From NCBI RefSeq assembly GCF_006345805.1, contig NC_043008.1, positions 3,968,001 through 4,032,000 on the forward strand: DNA of 64,000 nucleotides. The letters run 5' to 3'. Positions 39,851 to 53,856 of this stretch are shown in pieces. The notes beneath the pieces are model-generated. The model did no database searches and had not been told where the DNA came from. It saw only the letters and a list, made by a program, of their open reading frames with translations. Source of the DNA: Octopus sinensis (lineage: Eukaryota). Every line of letters starts with the position of its first letter. Position 1 is the stretch's first letter. A program made the position numbers and the translations under genes.

Positions 39851-42800
39851 AGACTTAAGTAAGATAACATTGTCATTGTTAAACTGATGTTGTGAATAAA
39901 TGAATGTAAAATTTTGATGGAATGTTTTACTTCAAAACAGGAAGTTTGTCTCATAAAACCAGGGGCAGAGTCAGGCAGTTTGATAACAAAAGATTTAAAG
40001 CATGAAGGACTCATTAAGATAATTATAATTGATTGAATTTACACAAGTGTTGATGTAGTTGATATGTAAAGAGTTGTTTAATGATAATAATAATAATAAT
40101 GCTCTAGAGGCAACATAATTAATGTATTACATTAATTATTGTTAATACTGTCAGTCATTAAACCCTTGACATTCACGGTGTCTCAGTTCCAACCAAGCAA
40201 ACAATGATCGTTAGATTTAATGATTATCCTCTTCCTCGTTTCCTCATTATGTTTATTTATTTGGGAGAAAAGACTCATCTAAACTGTACACTGCATCCAC
40301 CAAAATAAGAAGCTCCCTTGAATTAACAGGAGAGCCTCTACATGACTGCTCGACCTAGTAGAAAAAGCAGTCAGTTCTCTCTCAACCTGTTATCTTAAAA
40401 AATGATACTCCAGGGTATACACATGTCTAAGAAAACAAGATGGCCATGGTTATAATGCTTTTGACCATAGGACTGCTTCATCAAGGTTGACTTGTGGGTC
40501 CATGCAACAATATCAATATGTGGTTTGCAACCTCCTCTCTAAACACACTAAGAAATATATCTAGAATTGAAATGTCTCAGATCTAAATTTTAGACCCGTT
40601 ATTGCAGATAACAATTACTCATTCTTATACTACCTTTTGGCACCATCATATCTGTTATTATATTGTTCTTTAGAAAGGACTTGCTGGACATCCTCTCCAT
40701 TCATTTCGAACCCCTTCTTGCATCTGCTTGCCTCTCACCTCTGACCATGCATCTTGCATGACTTCTTTCCAAAACCCAAAAACATACTTTATTTCTCTCC
40801 TCTCTTATTTGTTCTGCAAATAAAGTAACCACCAGTTTTCTGAGCTTCATCATAAATTAGCTAATCTAATAACCTAACATATCTCTCATCTCCTGCACTC
40901 TTCTGATATGAGGGACACAGACTTTCTTCTTTAGTCATCAGAATTTTAAAATATTTTTCCTGAATTCAGAACATTTGGGGAAAAGAATATTTATAAGAGT
41001 CATTATCTGATGTGAGATACCTGTTACTGACTGCTAACTCTAATGGAAATACTTCACTTCCATTGAGAAGATAGAAAATTTAGTGACATAGATATGAGCA
41101 GAAATCTTTCATGAAAATTAGCAAAGTAAGTTTATCAGAAAACACAAGAACAATGTGATTAATTTTCCAGATAAGAATAACTGTTTCTGAAAGAGAATTA
41201 TTTATTAAATATATTGCTTGTGTACACCTTCAAAGGAAACTAACTTGTAGAAATAACTATCAGGTTGGTATTGATAATATCACAGAGAAGAAACGTTTCA
41301 GAGAGGAAACCGGGTGAAATAGGAAAATATTAAATTTCTTTTTATCCCTGGCAGAAAAACGGATTGCCATACAATATCAATCATATATTAAGTCTCGGTA
41401 CCAGAGAAGACTCCAATTCCATTATTTAATCTCTATTTTTTATTATCTGATAATATAGAACTTTTATAAAAACTCATTATCTTGAAGGCAATGGTTTTTG
41501 TTTCTATCGTATTTCTATTTTGTTTTGTTTACATTTCATTTGATCACTAGTTCATATGAGTTTCTCAAAAACAATTTAAGTATCAAAGAAAAAAATAAAC
41601 TCACAGAGCCTTAAAGATACATATTTTATTTTGAGAATGCTGTAACATGAAAACCAGCTTTTATAACTTACTTTCAGGAGGTATTATGGGCTTTTCAGTA
41701 AATCATTCTTTAATTTTTTTTTCTTTTTTGTGTTTCTATCAACTGTGTGTTTTGATTGGTCTATTTTCTGATCATGTTCAGATATCGTATATATTCCTAA
41801 CTATATCCATACGATGGTTAAAGGCTGTGTGTGTGCAGTTAGAAGTCGGGCTCAAGACGTTATTCTGCAAATATATCAGTCAAAATATGATGGATTTTTT
41901 TGTCAGTTTTGACAATGAGATTTCAGCTGTTCAGTCAAGTGGACTACCTACACATTCAGTTAATGGGAAAGAGGTTGAGTACTTCACAGATATCGAATCC
42001 TAAACACAATTCTCAGACCAAATTATCATGACAGAATATGTTAGAAAACCGAACCATTGGGTTGTCAGGAAGAGTATGTGTAGAGAAACAATAGGGAAGC
42101 TTATTGGATGATATGAGCCATTGCCCAACTTACTCACAGACCTTTGACTGATCCAAGGCTTATGGTAAAGCACACATTGCCAAGATGCTACAGAGTGAGA
42201 TTTGAACCCAGGATCTTATTATTATGAAGCAAACTTCTTAACCATTTGGCCATGACTGCATCCTCTAATCAAAATATAAGGTAGAGAGGAATATAAAAGA
42301 TTAGTTTATTGGTTCAGTACACAGTAACTCATTAAAAAAAATATAATGTAATTATCTTAGAGGCATAAACAGAACAATCAGATAACATTTAATGAAGAAA
42401 GCTGTGGAAAATATAGATATTAATATCTTGGAAGGGCGAATTAATAAATTTGTATTTAATCCTCTCCCGTAAGGAATATCTTAAATTGGAACTTGATAAT
42501 GAGGTTATATTTCTAAAATATAACCTTGCAAGGAGTAAATAGATTCAGAGATCCATTATTTTTTATATTACTTGTTATTTTTTCTTTCTTTGCTACTAAT
42601 AAATGTTCCCCCTAAATATTTCTGCAAATGTAATATTCTGGCTGATTCTTACATCAGATCTGTAGGAATTATGTTTCTATGTTTATTAATAACTAAAATA
42701 ACCATTAACAAAAGAAAAAAGAAAAAAAATTATTGATTCTCTGCAGCAAATTTTTAGGTCAATATTGGCTTAGACTTGTTTTTAAAGTGTATAAATTTAT

Positions 42801-43929
42801 TTTCTTTCTTTTCTTTTTTTGTTTTTAAATATAATTCTTAAATGCAGAAAAGTAGTAATGTCCACAACCACTTTCGGGATCTTTGTTACTAAAAGAAAGA
42901 AAGGACAAACAGACAAAACTATTCTCAAAACTGAAACTTTACTCTAGCAACAGAATGAAATCCACTGAAGCTGCTTCACTGTTAGTTGCAGGGTTGTGTT
43001 AAAACAAGCAACAGATTAGATCTAACACCCAAAAACAGGAATGGTTTACTCCAAGCATAGGCTACTATTCTCTAGAAGCAGGCTGCAGGAGACGTAGCTC
43101 ATTGAGGGACATATTCAAGGTAATTTTTAATTAGGCATCACATTCAGAAGGTCCACAGCCAACAGTTTACCTATGACTGGTCTATCGGATGCTCTTTCAC
43201 ATAGGTTTTTTTTTTTTATACCAAATTTTATTTGTAAAGCTTTGCTTCAACCAAAGTTATCATTGAAAATGCTTGCCCAAGGTTCCACACAGTGTGATTG
43301 AACCCAACATTACATAATTGTGAAACAAACGTCTTAGCTGCCACAGCCAACATTGTCCTCATTATATTTGTATCCATTTTCAAGTTGATCTTGATTAAGC
43401 AGATTTGTGATCAAGGATTATTCCAGCCATGATCATCCTAGCTTAATTTATCCCAGGCACACTCTATGCATCCTGCTTTTATAATAGGCATATCATAGGG
43501 GGTAACTGAAGGGATTGACAACAGGAAGGAAAACTGATTCTAAAACTGAACAGTCTCAAAAAGGTCCACAAAAGCCTGCACTGAAAAACAAATGCAAGAA
43601 GGATGATGATGATGATGATGAGTATGCTTTTGAACAACATTAGCTAATATGACCTTTTTTAAAAAAGCCAGCTAAATGACCACGTAGGAGCTCCATTATT
43701 GGCTTGGTCATATTAATAGTAAGAATTATATGGTATCCATTTAGTGACCATTTTACTTACAGTTGCATAAACACATATACATGCATACATACACATGTCT
43801 GCTTACATGCATACACACAGATATTTGTGATAATTAATCACACACAAAAAAAATTATTTAGAAATTAAGAAATGTTCTGTTAGTCAGATCACAAAGTTTC
43901 ATCGTTACTGCAAATTTTCTATCTTTTTC

Positions 43930-44298
43930 TTGTATAAGTCAGTGGACTGTGGCCATGCTGGAGCACTGCCTTTAAAGATTTTGGTTGAACAAATCACCCC
44001 TTGTACCTATGATTTTAATCTGGTTCTAATCTTATCAGTTTCAGTTGCTGAACCACTAAGTTATGAGGACATAAACAAACCAATACCAGTTGTCAAGTAG
44101 TAGTGAAGGACAAACATAAAGACACACAGACACATACAAAATGGGCTTCTTTCAGTTTCTGCCGGCCAAATCCACTCACAAGGTCTTGATCAACTCAGAG
44201 CTATGACAGAAGACTTTTGTCCAAGGTGTCACATAGTGGGACTGAACTAAAGATTACATGAGTGGGAAGCTAGTTTCTTACCCACACAGCCATGCCTG
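43930..44298 (-). mobile_element. SINE family B copy
   Basis: Reverse-complement match to 25221-25594. Confidence 0.8.
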
Positions 44299-44299
44299 C

Positions 44300-44637
44300 A
44301 CATCATCATCATCATTTAACGTCCGTTTTCCATGCTAGCATGGGTTGGATGGTTCGACCAGGGTCTGGGAAGCCAGGAGGCTGCACCAGGCACCAGTCTG
44401 ATCTGGCAGTGTTTCTACAGCTGGATGCCCTTCCTAACGCCAACCACTCTGAGAGTGTAGTGGGTGCTTTTTACATGCCACCGGCACAGGGGCCAGAGGA
44501 GGCTGGCAGCGGCCACAATCGGTTGGTGCTTTTATGTGCCACCAACACAGATGCCAGTCAGGTGGCTCTGACATCTGCCATGTTTGGACGCTGCTTTTAC
44601 CGTGTCACAGGCACGGGTATCTTAACTACAATTTCCA
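44300..44637 (-). mobile_element. RTE-LINE 3' end (family C)
   Basis: catcatcatttaacgtccgttttccatgctagcatggg... Confidence 0.88.
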
Positions 44638-45186
44638 AAACATAATATATCTAAATTTTTCTTTGGATATTGCTGTTGTTATTCCAATTTAGCCATAGTC
44701 AGGCCTGAATGGGCAGGCTTATTATAAAAGTTGTTCCAGACATGAACACCACGTCTTTTTCCTTCTTTCAGACATAATACATCAATGTATACATTAACTA
44801 ATGTGGCCTTTGTTATTTTTTTAAAGATGTGTTTTGTGACACAGCAGATAATTTTTATCAGATCATGCAATCCAGAGAGACCCTGGATAAAGTCAAATGA
44901 TATTGTTTCAATTATAGATGTGACAACATTTCCAAAAGAGGAAGTTTAACACATAATTATCATCATTATTATTATTTTTAATAGTTTACTCAAGTGCCAA
45001 GCTGACAGAAACATTACCATGCCAGACATAAGGCTTAGCATCATCTCTTCTGGCTCTTCACATTCTGAATTCAAATGACTACAAGTTGACCTTGTCTTTC
45101 ATCCTTTCAGGGTTGATAAAATAAAGGAATAAACAACTAGTTAAGTGCTGTTTTTGTCCCAAAATATGAAAGAAATATTAGTTTAC

Positions 45187-45410
45187 TAACCGTTTTGGTA
45201 CTGACCTCCTTCAGACCGCCATTAATTGTTTGATATAAAATTCTGTTCTAAAGTGTTCTAAATTGAAATCTAACCAAATTTCAGATTAATTTGTATTCCA
45301 AATACCAGCTTAATATCAACAAAATTATTTTGCTAAATTTTTCCAAATTTTCAAAATAAATTGAAACAAAATGATAACGTATTTCTATTGATTATGGCAA
45401 CAAAATGCCC
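45187..45410. mobile_element. TTAA-ended MITE family H
   Basis: ctaaccgttttggtactgacc...ttccaaataccagcttaat...tatggcaacaaaa. Confidence 0.6.
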
Positions 45411-45964
45411 AGAGCACCTAATTAGAGAGAGCATAAAACAGTTAACATCCTAAAAATTAATAATTATAGCTTGCATGTGGATGTGTAATAACCACAGGAT
45501 TTTAGGTATAGTGATGGGTAAAGTCAATTAGAACAGCTGGTACTATTTAATTGACTCGAGAAGAATGAGAAGCAGAGCTGACCTTACTGGGATTTGAACT
45601 CAGAACACAAAATAAAAGGTACACTTCTAGATATAGCAAGGCTTTTTGTCCAGTCACTACAAATTCTACTAAACCTATAACTTATAAATGTATTTTCATA
45701 TTTTAGTTCAAAAGACATTTTGAAATTATGGTTTTATTTTTAAGGCATTGTTCTCTTTGAACCAACAAAAAGCCCTCTGCACAGTTACTAGATCGGCTAA
45801 CAAGAGGAACAAACTTTTCTCATATCACACACCTCATGCTGTCTTGAAACAGGAAAAGCACATTGGACAATAATGTAGTCTTTGATAGACAGAATGTTGA
45901 GGTGGGCAAGGCTGGAATGCCTTTGATTTATAGGGCTGATTGATTAACAGCAATAACTAGTTTG

Positions 45965-46005
45965 TCTGCAAACACAGACACACAAACATATACACACATA
46001 AACAT

Positions 46006-46055
<50 letters not shown>

Positions 46056-46219
46056 GACGGGCTTCTTTCAGTTTCCATCTACCAAATCCACTCACAAGGC
46101 TTTGGTCAACCCGAGGCTATAGTAGAAGACACTTGCCCAAGGTGCCACACAGTGGGACTGAACCCGGAACCATGTGGTTCGTAAACAAGCTACTTACCAC
46201 ACAGCCACTCCTATGCCTA
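45965..46219 (-). mobile_element. Young SINE family B copy (head half plus microsatellite)
   Basis: cgacgggcttctttcagtttcc...gacacttgcccaaggtgcc...cacagccactcc. Confidence 0.9.
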
Positions 46220-47589
46220 TGAAACGAAACACTTTTTAAAAATGGTTGACAATTTGACACTATTAAGCTGATATTTGGAACGTAACTTATTGAAAGGTTC
46301 TTATAAAGAATTATAATGGGAAGTTTTAATGTAAATATGAATACTTTCAAATTATAGGATTTATATTATGAAACCAGAATCCATCTTGGGTAGATCGGTA
46401 TTGAAAGAGTTAAATATGAATTTGGTTACTTTGTTTTTTTCTTTTTTTTTTTCCCAATTGAATATCTTAATGATGCAAAATATATTTAAAAAATGAATAA
46501 AAGAACGAAGACAAAAAAACAAGTAAGCTAAAAGCTATCTGTTGATATATATACATGTTCATCTTAGGATGCAGATCTACAACAAATAAAACTTCTAAAT
46601 TGTTATTCAAACATTTCTTTCTTTTGGGTGAAAGGGGGTGGGGGTGAGTGGTTCGGGGGAGGATGTTGGAAATATGCAGCTGCCAACAGATGGAGATGAG
46701 GTAGGATTGGATTGCAGTTGCTAGTATGTTCTCCGAGAAGGTTTTGTGCTTGATTATTTGCTCTATTTGCATCAGTGTACCTAAGAGATTAGGTATTGAT
46801 TTGTTTTAGAAGTTAAGTTTTGATAAATTAGTGATATTTCCAAAGGAAATTTTCTTTATTCAACCTATTGCTAAGAAAAATTGAAAATTACCAAATAAAG
46901 CTTTTGTCTAAAATGCAAGATAAAAAAAGAAACAAACAAACAATAAAGAATAAAAGTACAAACCGCATAAAACAAAAACAATTGTATACGACATTAATAT
47001 AGTTGTTGTAAATCTTATTAAGTTCAATCAGCTAAGTAAGACCTTTGTGGTTTACTGAATACATTGTTATATAATAAGCGTAAGTGGAGGTGTGGGAGGA
47101 TTAATAAAAGGAATCACAACAAGGATTAAGAAAAGCAGAATGGAATGAAGGAATTTCTCTTCATATGATTGTTTGGCCTGCCTGAAATAGCAGCTAAACC
47201 AGTCTAAAATTGCATCCTGATGGATTTAAAAGAAGGAAGAAGACACGGGACCATGTAATCCAAGGTACAATATGCTTGGAAAACAATAACAGAGAAAGAT
47301 CCAGTTACGGGTGGGAAACCTTTGAGTCTAGGTTTGCTTGATCAGTGCTTCTCTAGAACTAAATCATAGTAACTGCAACAAAAGCAGCAGAGAAATAAAT
47401 TTATATGATCTATTTTAACAAACACTAATCATGAAATGAAATTTTTGTTTTAATAAAACAATAACAGCAAACTGTACCAAATCCATTATTGTATTAAGTT
47501 CTGGCATGCAAATCAACAATAACACTTTTTGACAGTTTAAAAATTTTCTAAGAAAAGTTGAATTGTGGATTTTAACTTTTGATTAGACC

Positions 47590-48400
47590 AACTTTCTTCA
47601 CTTAGCCATCCAATTCACTTTTCCCTGACACCATCTCTACTGTTTGCTATTGCAGTAACATCCTCTCTGTGCTTCTTTCTCCTTACCTCAGTTTCCTTGC
47701 CTGACTTGTACACGTTTGGCTTAGTTTGACTCCATCTGCTTCTGTCATGGCAGTTTATTCTCCTGTCTCCATGTTATTTCTACCATTCTGCCATCATTGA
47801 TACTGTCTTCTATGAATTTGCATATTTGTACTTCTCTATTTTGGCCCACTTAACCTTCATTTGTTTTGCCTCTATCCACCTCTCTCACTCACTCCCTCTG
47901 CCAATGCCTCTGTCACCACTACTCACTGTCGCAATCACCACCCACCATCTACTGTAGCATGGTCAGTACTCTTCTTTTTTACTTCATACCCTTCTCTCCA
48001 TATTCCTTGGTTTGGTTGGCTTCCATCACATCTATCATAACAGCCCATTCATACACCACATTCTGTTATTCCTATTACCACTGCTGTCCATTATTACAGT
48101 CACCAGCCTCCCCAGCCCTGTGATGGATATCCGGCCCATTTAGGAGGTCTCTTGTTTGCAGTTCCAGACATCACTTCACTTCTGCTCAATTTAAGTCTTA
48201 TTAAAATGCTTACCATAGGAACATCCTTAATTTTGTACTTTTGCATAATGATTTTTTCATTGTGACTAGTCATAGTCAACTGTGGTAAAGTCTACTCGTT
48301 ATTGATGAGGTCTTAATGAGGCAGAAACATGTTCAAACTTTTCTCTCATAATTGGCTTACAGATGAAAAATAATATCAATCATTTACAATTATTGGTTTC
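47590..48400 (+). mobile_element. Decayed Penelope-like 3' region (pyrimidine-rich tract followed by a hammerhead-like remnant at 48298-48338)
   Basis: uUGAUGA G GUCUU aau GAGGC a GAAA CAUG U U. Confidence 0.4.
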
Positions 48401-49542
48401 TTTTTCCTTACTGCTTATCTATTTCGAGTTAAATTTTTATTGCACTTGACATTAAATTTAATAACATTAATTTAACTATACAACTGATATTGTATAATGT
48501 ATTTTAGCCCTCTTGTAGTTTGAAATCAAACTATATTTCTATATTTGATCAATCATAAATACTTTTGAACAGTTAACTTTTTTTCAGCAGAACATTTTTG
48601 ATTAATTCAAATTAGTATCTATTTTATTTATTTATTTATTCATTTATTTATTTATCTATTTTATTTATTTATTATTATTAATATTATTATTATAATTCTT
48701 ATTTGCAAAAACTGACTAGCTTTCATATTTTCATCCTTATTTATAATCTATTTCAGAATATTTTTTATCAATTCATATTTTGTGTGTCACTATATATAAC
48801 TTAATATCATATTTTTTAAAAATATATATGTGTATTTTTTCAGCTTTTTTTTTTCAATAAGTCATTTTTCCTGTTACTCTATTGTTAACCTCCTAGTGAG
48901 TACTAAACATTAAATGAATAACTGCACGTAGGGATTATAAATCTCAGTGGGGTATTCTAAATTCTTTCATTTAATACACTTCATATTTGCACGAAGGTCT
49001 GGACAGCATATTGTTGAGAGCTCAACAGTTCGTTTATCTCTGCAACTAGGAATCAAATCAACTTATTGATTATCTGTGTCAGATTGCTACCTGCTGTGAA
49101 GCTGTCTATAGTCAATCCAATCAAAGCATGCCGTTATTCTAAACATTGCTCTTTCTTTTTCTCTTATTTTCTCTATCACTCACATTCTCAATTTTGTCTT
49201 GATGTTTTATCATTATCATTATTATTATTATTTTCTGTTTTTTAAACTATCTACAATGTTTCCTATATCTTATCTGAGAGAAGCTTGCTGTTATCTTTCC
49301 TAATTTGTTCTTATTTGGAGGATGCCAGCATTAACTGATCGATTAAAGTATAGATTTTTGAGCATATAAATCAAGTTTCCATTTCAACTACATTTTTACC
49401 TAGCCATCGAGGGAGCATTTACTGAGTCACACCATCTGGCAGAAATAGCAGTCAAATCTCCTTCAAATCACAAGCTGGGTCTTTAAATAGAAAGAACCCA
49501 TTGAAAATGTTGTTTTATATATACATATATATACACACACAC

Positions 49543-50300
49543 ACTCAGTAAATGAAAAATGCATTAAATACTACAAAGTGTACACCCAGGACAGACACAG
49601 AATGATCTTAATTCTTCAAGAGTTATCAACCAAAGGTACTAATACACAGTTTTGTGCCTTTAATGATAAAACTGAGAGTTGAAGCTCGAGCAAACAAGAC
49701 AATAGATGGAGGACATAAGAATGTAAAGAAATGCAATTTGGAATGAGAGACGAAGACAGAATAAATACAGTCTTTTGGCTGAACAGGAGAGTGATGGGTA
49801 ATGCCTGGAAGAAATCCTCAATGGATATCAAAAGAGAGAAATAGTAAGAGAGGAGAAAATGTTGAGCATCCAGTGAAGCGTCTGGTGGTGAAAAGGTAGA
49901 GATGAGAGAACTGGTCATGGGTCAGATGTGAGCAGTAGATAGGGGGGAAGGAGGATGAGAGAGAGGGAGAGAGAGAAGAAGGAAGGGAGAAAGTTTACAA
50001 ATAAGTGTGAGAAGATGAGAGAGAGGAAGTAGGGATGCTAGAAAATGAATAAGAGGATGTGAGAGAAAGAAAGAAAGAAGATAGTCGCAAAAAATATATG
50101 GAAACTTAACTGTTAACAAAAGTTGGGATGCTTGGCGTTCAGTTACTCAATAAATGAAAAATGCATTAAATATTACAAAACGTACATGTCAGAGAGACAC
50201 AGAAGGACCCTAATACTTCATCAGTGAGGAAGAATTAGGGTCCTTCTGCATCTGTCCTACATGTACGTTTTGTAGTATTTAATGCATTTGTCATTTATTG
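49543..50300. repeat. Direct plus inverted terminal repeat structure (about 73-bp unit at 49543-49617 and 50145-50219, inverted at 50229-50300) around a purine-rich body
   Basis: The unit caataaatgaaaaatgcattaaata...aattcttc is seen three times. Confidence 0.85.
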
Positions 50301-50346
50301 TGAAGACAGATAGATATTTATATATAGATAGACATTCATATATGTA

Positions 50347-50723
50347 CACTTGCGTCAGAAATTAATTAGCACTTCTCAAATTTCTACATTAAATAGGTTA
50401 AATCAATTAACCTATGAGCTGTTCAAAACGTCTTACACGATGAGAAAACTTAGTATGGTGTGATTTCGGTCCTTGCGAGGCGCTACCTATATCTATTAAA
50501 CAAAGGAAGATTTGTCTGCATCCGCACTCCAATTTGTTGCACTGCTATGTCAACATCATAAGGCTGTAGACTCTCAAACTGCTCTGCAAGCAAAGTTACA
50601 TCATCGTTCTGCGCAACAGTGAACTCACAACAAAGCAATAGTTCGAGATATGGCCACTAGGTGACAGCACATACCTTGAGTGAAGAGCAAATCAAGGGTG
50701 CTAATTAATTTCTGACGGTAGTG
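50347..50723. mobile_element. Tc1-like MITE, 26-bp TIRs, TA TSD
   Basis: TA|cacttgcgtcagaaattaattagcac ... gtgctaattaatttctgacggtagtg|TA. Confidence 0.9.
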
Positions 50724-50737
50724 TATATATATATATT

Positions 50738-50927
50738 GACACGTAAAAAGCACCCACTACACTCATGGAGTGGTTGGCGTTAGGAAGGGCATCCAGCTGT
50801 AGAAACATTGCCAGATAAGACTGGAGCCTGGGGCAGCCTTCTGGCTTCCCAGATCCCCGATCGAACCGTCAACCCATGGCATGGAGAACGGACGTTAAAC
50901 GATGATGATGATGATGATGATGATGAT
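50738..50927 (+). mobile_element. RTE-LINE 3' end (family C), short, (GAT)n tail
   Basis: aaaagcacccactacactc...ggacgttaaacgatgatgat. Confidence 0.88.
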
Positions 50928-51696
50928 ATATATATATATATATATATATATCAAATGGCATGGCCAAGGCCATAATACTTTTGAGATCATAAACCTGCTT
51001 AATCAAGGTTGATCTGGAGCTAACAAGCAACAGCAAAAACAACTCCTACTGCTACTACTACTACTACTACTACTGACATTGCCACCACCACTGTATTGAC
51101 CGTATTGTTAGTCTCTCCTTGAAGTTAATTGTAAAATCTTTGGTCATGACTTGGCATTTACTACTGAAATCACATTGAAAAGTACTTTCATTCATCATTG
51201 AATTTACTGAAGAAGTAAATAAAAAGAAGAAGAACCAGGATTGGTTGTTGTTTTTGTTGTTTTTTTCACATGGAGTTGCTAATAATTTTTATTCGTCCAG
51301 ACTCGTTTTATACAAATTGATGAGCTGAGCTTTTTGAAAATTTTGTACATTTTGAAATCCTATTGATGGATTTTACTTGGTGTTTGTGACTAAAGCATCA
51401 ATGGTGTTTTTTAACACCAACAATGAAATTCTGCAATGTGATTGATGGGTTTAGTTGTACTTCTTGAATGATGGGCAGCCACTTAAAGAAGCTGTCATTG
51501 GTTTTTTTTCTGTGAGTTGAGAGACAAATTGCTGAGGAAGTAGCCTCAGATGTATAGCATGCAAATATAGGATGGGTCTGGTCTGTTTTAAAAAAAATTT
51601 TTTATCTTTTGTAAGGGTCAATGCCTTCCTCAGAACCCTGTATGCTCTCCTCCTCCTGGCACTCTTTCACTTACGACAAGTATTCCAAGCCTTTAT

Positions 51697-51932
51697 TGTG
51701 AAATTGACATGCAAGTAGCAGAGCATTTCACAAACACGAGGACCCTTAACATAGTTCTCAGGGTGATTCAGAATGACACACAGAATAATATGACAAAGGT
51801 GGCCCCTTTGAATGACAGGTACAACTCATTTTTGCCAGCTGAGTGAATATGAAATAAAGTGTCTTGCTCGGGGACACAACATGCCACTGGGAATCAAACC
51901 TTACAAGCCAAACAGCCGAACCACTGAGCCAC
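51697..51932 (-). mobile_element. tRNA-derived SINE family E
   Basis: Collinear with 26217-26524. Confidence 0.75.
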
Positions 51933-52922
51933 CTTCCTCAACAACCCTCTAAATGCATCTATTTATTGTAACGACTTCTTCTCCAAATGAAATTCTTTCT
52001 GTCTGAGCCAATCATTTCCAGTTGTTTTTGCTTAAGAAAACTATTTGCCCAGTGGCAAAGAACACAATCTGAAATGTATGTGATTACAATAGAGATACTT
52101 TTAGAGATACTCAATTTAAGTCAAATAGACACATTTGCTGCCCTCTAAACACCCACACCCAGTTATATATATATATAAATTATGTCATACTTATAGATCT
52201 AACCATCTACCCAGCTTCATAGAGTTGGTCAGAAGGAGATAGAATCTTTTAATGACATACTCTCACACATTTATACTATCTCACTCAGACATATTAGATT
52301 TAATATTGATCAAGAGGAAATATATATAGATACATGTGCGTGCACACACACACACACACTCATACACACGCACACACACACACACACATGCACGCACACA
52401 TGTCTCCGAAACATTAAATCCCAATTAATGAAGAAACACCATAGAGAAGGAAATGGTTATTTGTGAGGTTTTCTCATGTAATGTGATCTATGATGTAAAT
52501 GATTACAAGAGATAAGAACTGCCTCAAACTGGACATGTTCCAGAGTGTTGGCTGGAGGTAGTCTTGGTCAAAGTGTACAGCATAAGTCAATTACGAAATT
52601 GCTTTTCTATATCTTTGCCAATGTTTTCAATATACTGCGCTTCTTTTCTTTCCATCTTCCAGTTTAGGCAAAGTTCTTTTCACTTCCCACCCGGCCTTCC
52701 CACCCTTACTTTTTAATACCACCTCACTTTCACTTACCTCCCTCCTCACCTTCATTTACAAACCATCACCAGATTCTCTTCAGTTCTAATGAAGGCTCAA
52801 ATCTGTGTTTGTTATCTTTAGATCAATGACTCTGGGCAACAACCCAAGCCTCTCTCACAATGCCATTCATCTATTTAATTCTTAGAACTTTTCTCAGGGT
52901 ACAGCTAACAACAAACCATATG

Positions 52923-52960
<38 letters not shown>

Positions 52961-53621
52961 GTATATTTATATATATGTATATATATATATTCATTCTGGT
53001 GGTTTCCTTGTTGATATACCTAAATTTAGAAAGCCTAAAAGGATTGGGTAGGGATTGGTTATGAAGAGGTAATATCAATACTTAATTCCATAGGTAAAAA
53101 CATGTTTACAATATTGTGTGCATTTGTGTGTTCTCCAAGTGTACATGCAGATGCATGTTGTAATATGCCAGTGACAAAGTCTCAGTTATGTTACGCATTA
53201 AATTTCCAACAATCTATTTTGAGTATTTTCTGTTATTCTCATCATGACACATGCAAGGTTTTTTTTTTCTGTATTTATTTCAGTTACCAATACTTTGTAG
53301 AGAAATCATATCTTTAATTGAAATATTATTTGAATGTCTTATGTGATATGCGTGTGGTTTCAGAACATATTTTGAGTTTTAGTGATGTTTAGATAAATAT
53401 TAAATATGATGTTTATAGCAAGCAATCACCAAATATACTTAGAGGGAAAATCACTGTAAGGATACCGAATCAATTAGGGAGCTTCTATTTTAGTATTTAC
53501 AAAAACAAATTAGCTATGGGTTGCATGTTAAAGAAGTTTACTTTTCAACTATATCATTCTGGTTTTGCTTTGGTTTTGGGGGAAAAGTATCTTCTATGAT
53601 AGATCCAGCTTAATTAATACC

Positions 53622-53856
53622 TATTTCTTTACTACCCACAAGGGGCTAAACACAGAGAGGACAAACAAGGACAGACAAACGGATTATGTCGATGATATCA
53701 ACCCCAGTGCGTAACTGGTACTTATTTAATCGACTCCGAAAGGATGAAAGGCAAAGTCAACCTCGGCAGAATTTGAACTCAGAACGTAGCGGCAAACAAA
53801 ATACTGCTAAGCATTTCACCCGGTGTGCTAACGGTTCCGCCAGCTTGCCGCCTATT
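53622..53856 (-). mobile_element. Young SINE family A copy with 13-bp TSD, nested in an old family B SINE (about 53515-53945)
   Basis: cttaattaatacc at 53609-53621 and 53857-53869; the flanks rejoin into family B sequence. Confidence 0.9.

Noticed and set aside
41647-42003. 118-aa hydrophobic ORF
   Set aside because: T-rich composition and overlap with a degenerate repeat; no motif or splice support.
50205-50230. CTGATGAAG on the minus strand as a hammerhead
   Set aside because: No closing stem II or GAAA nearby, so it is not called as a ribozyme.
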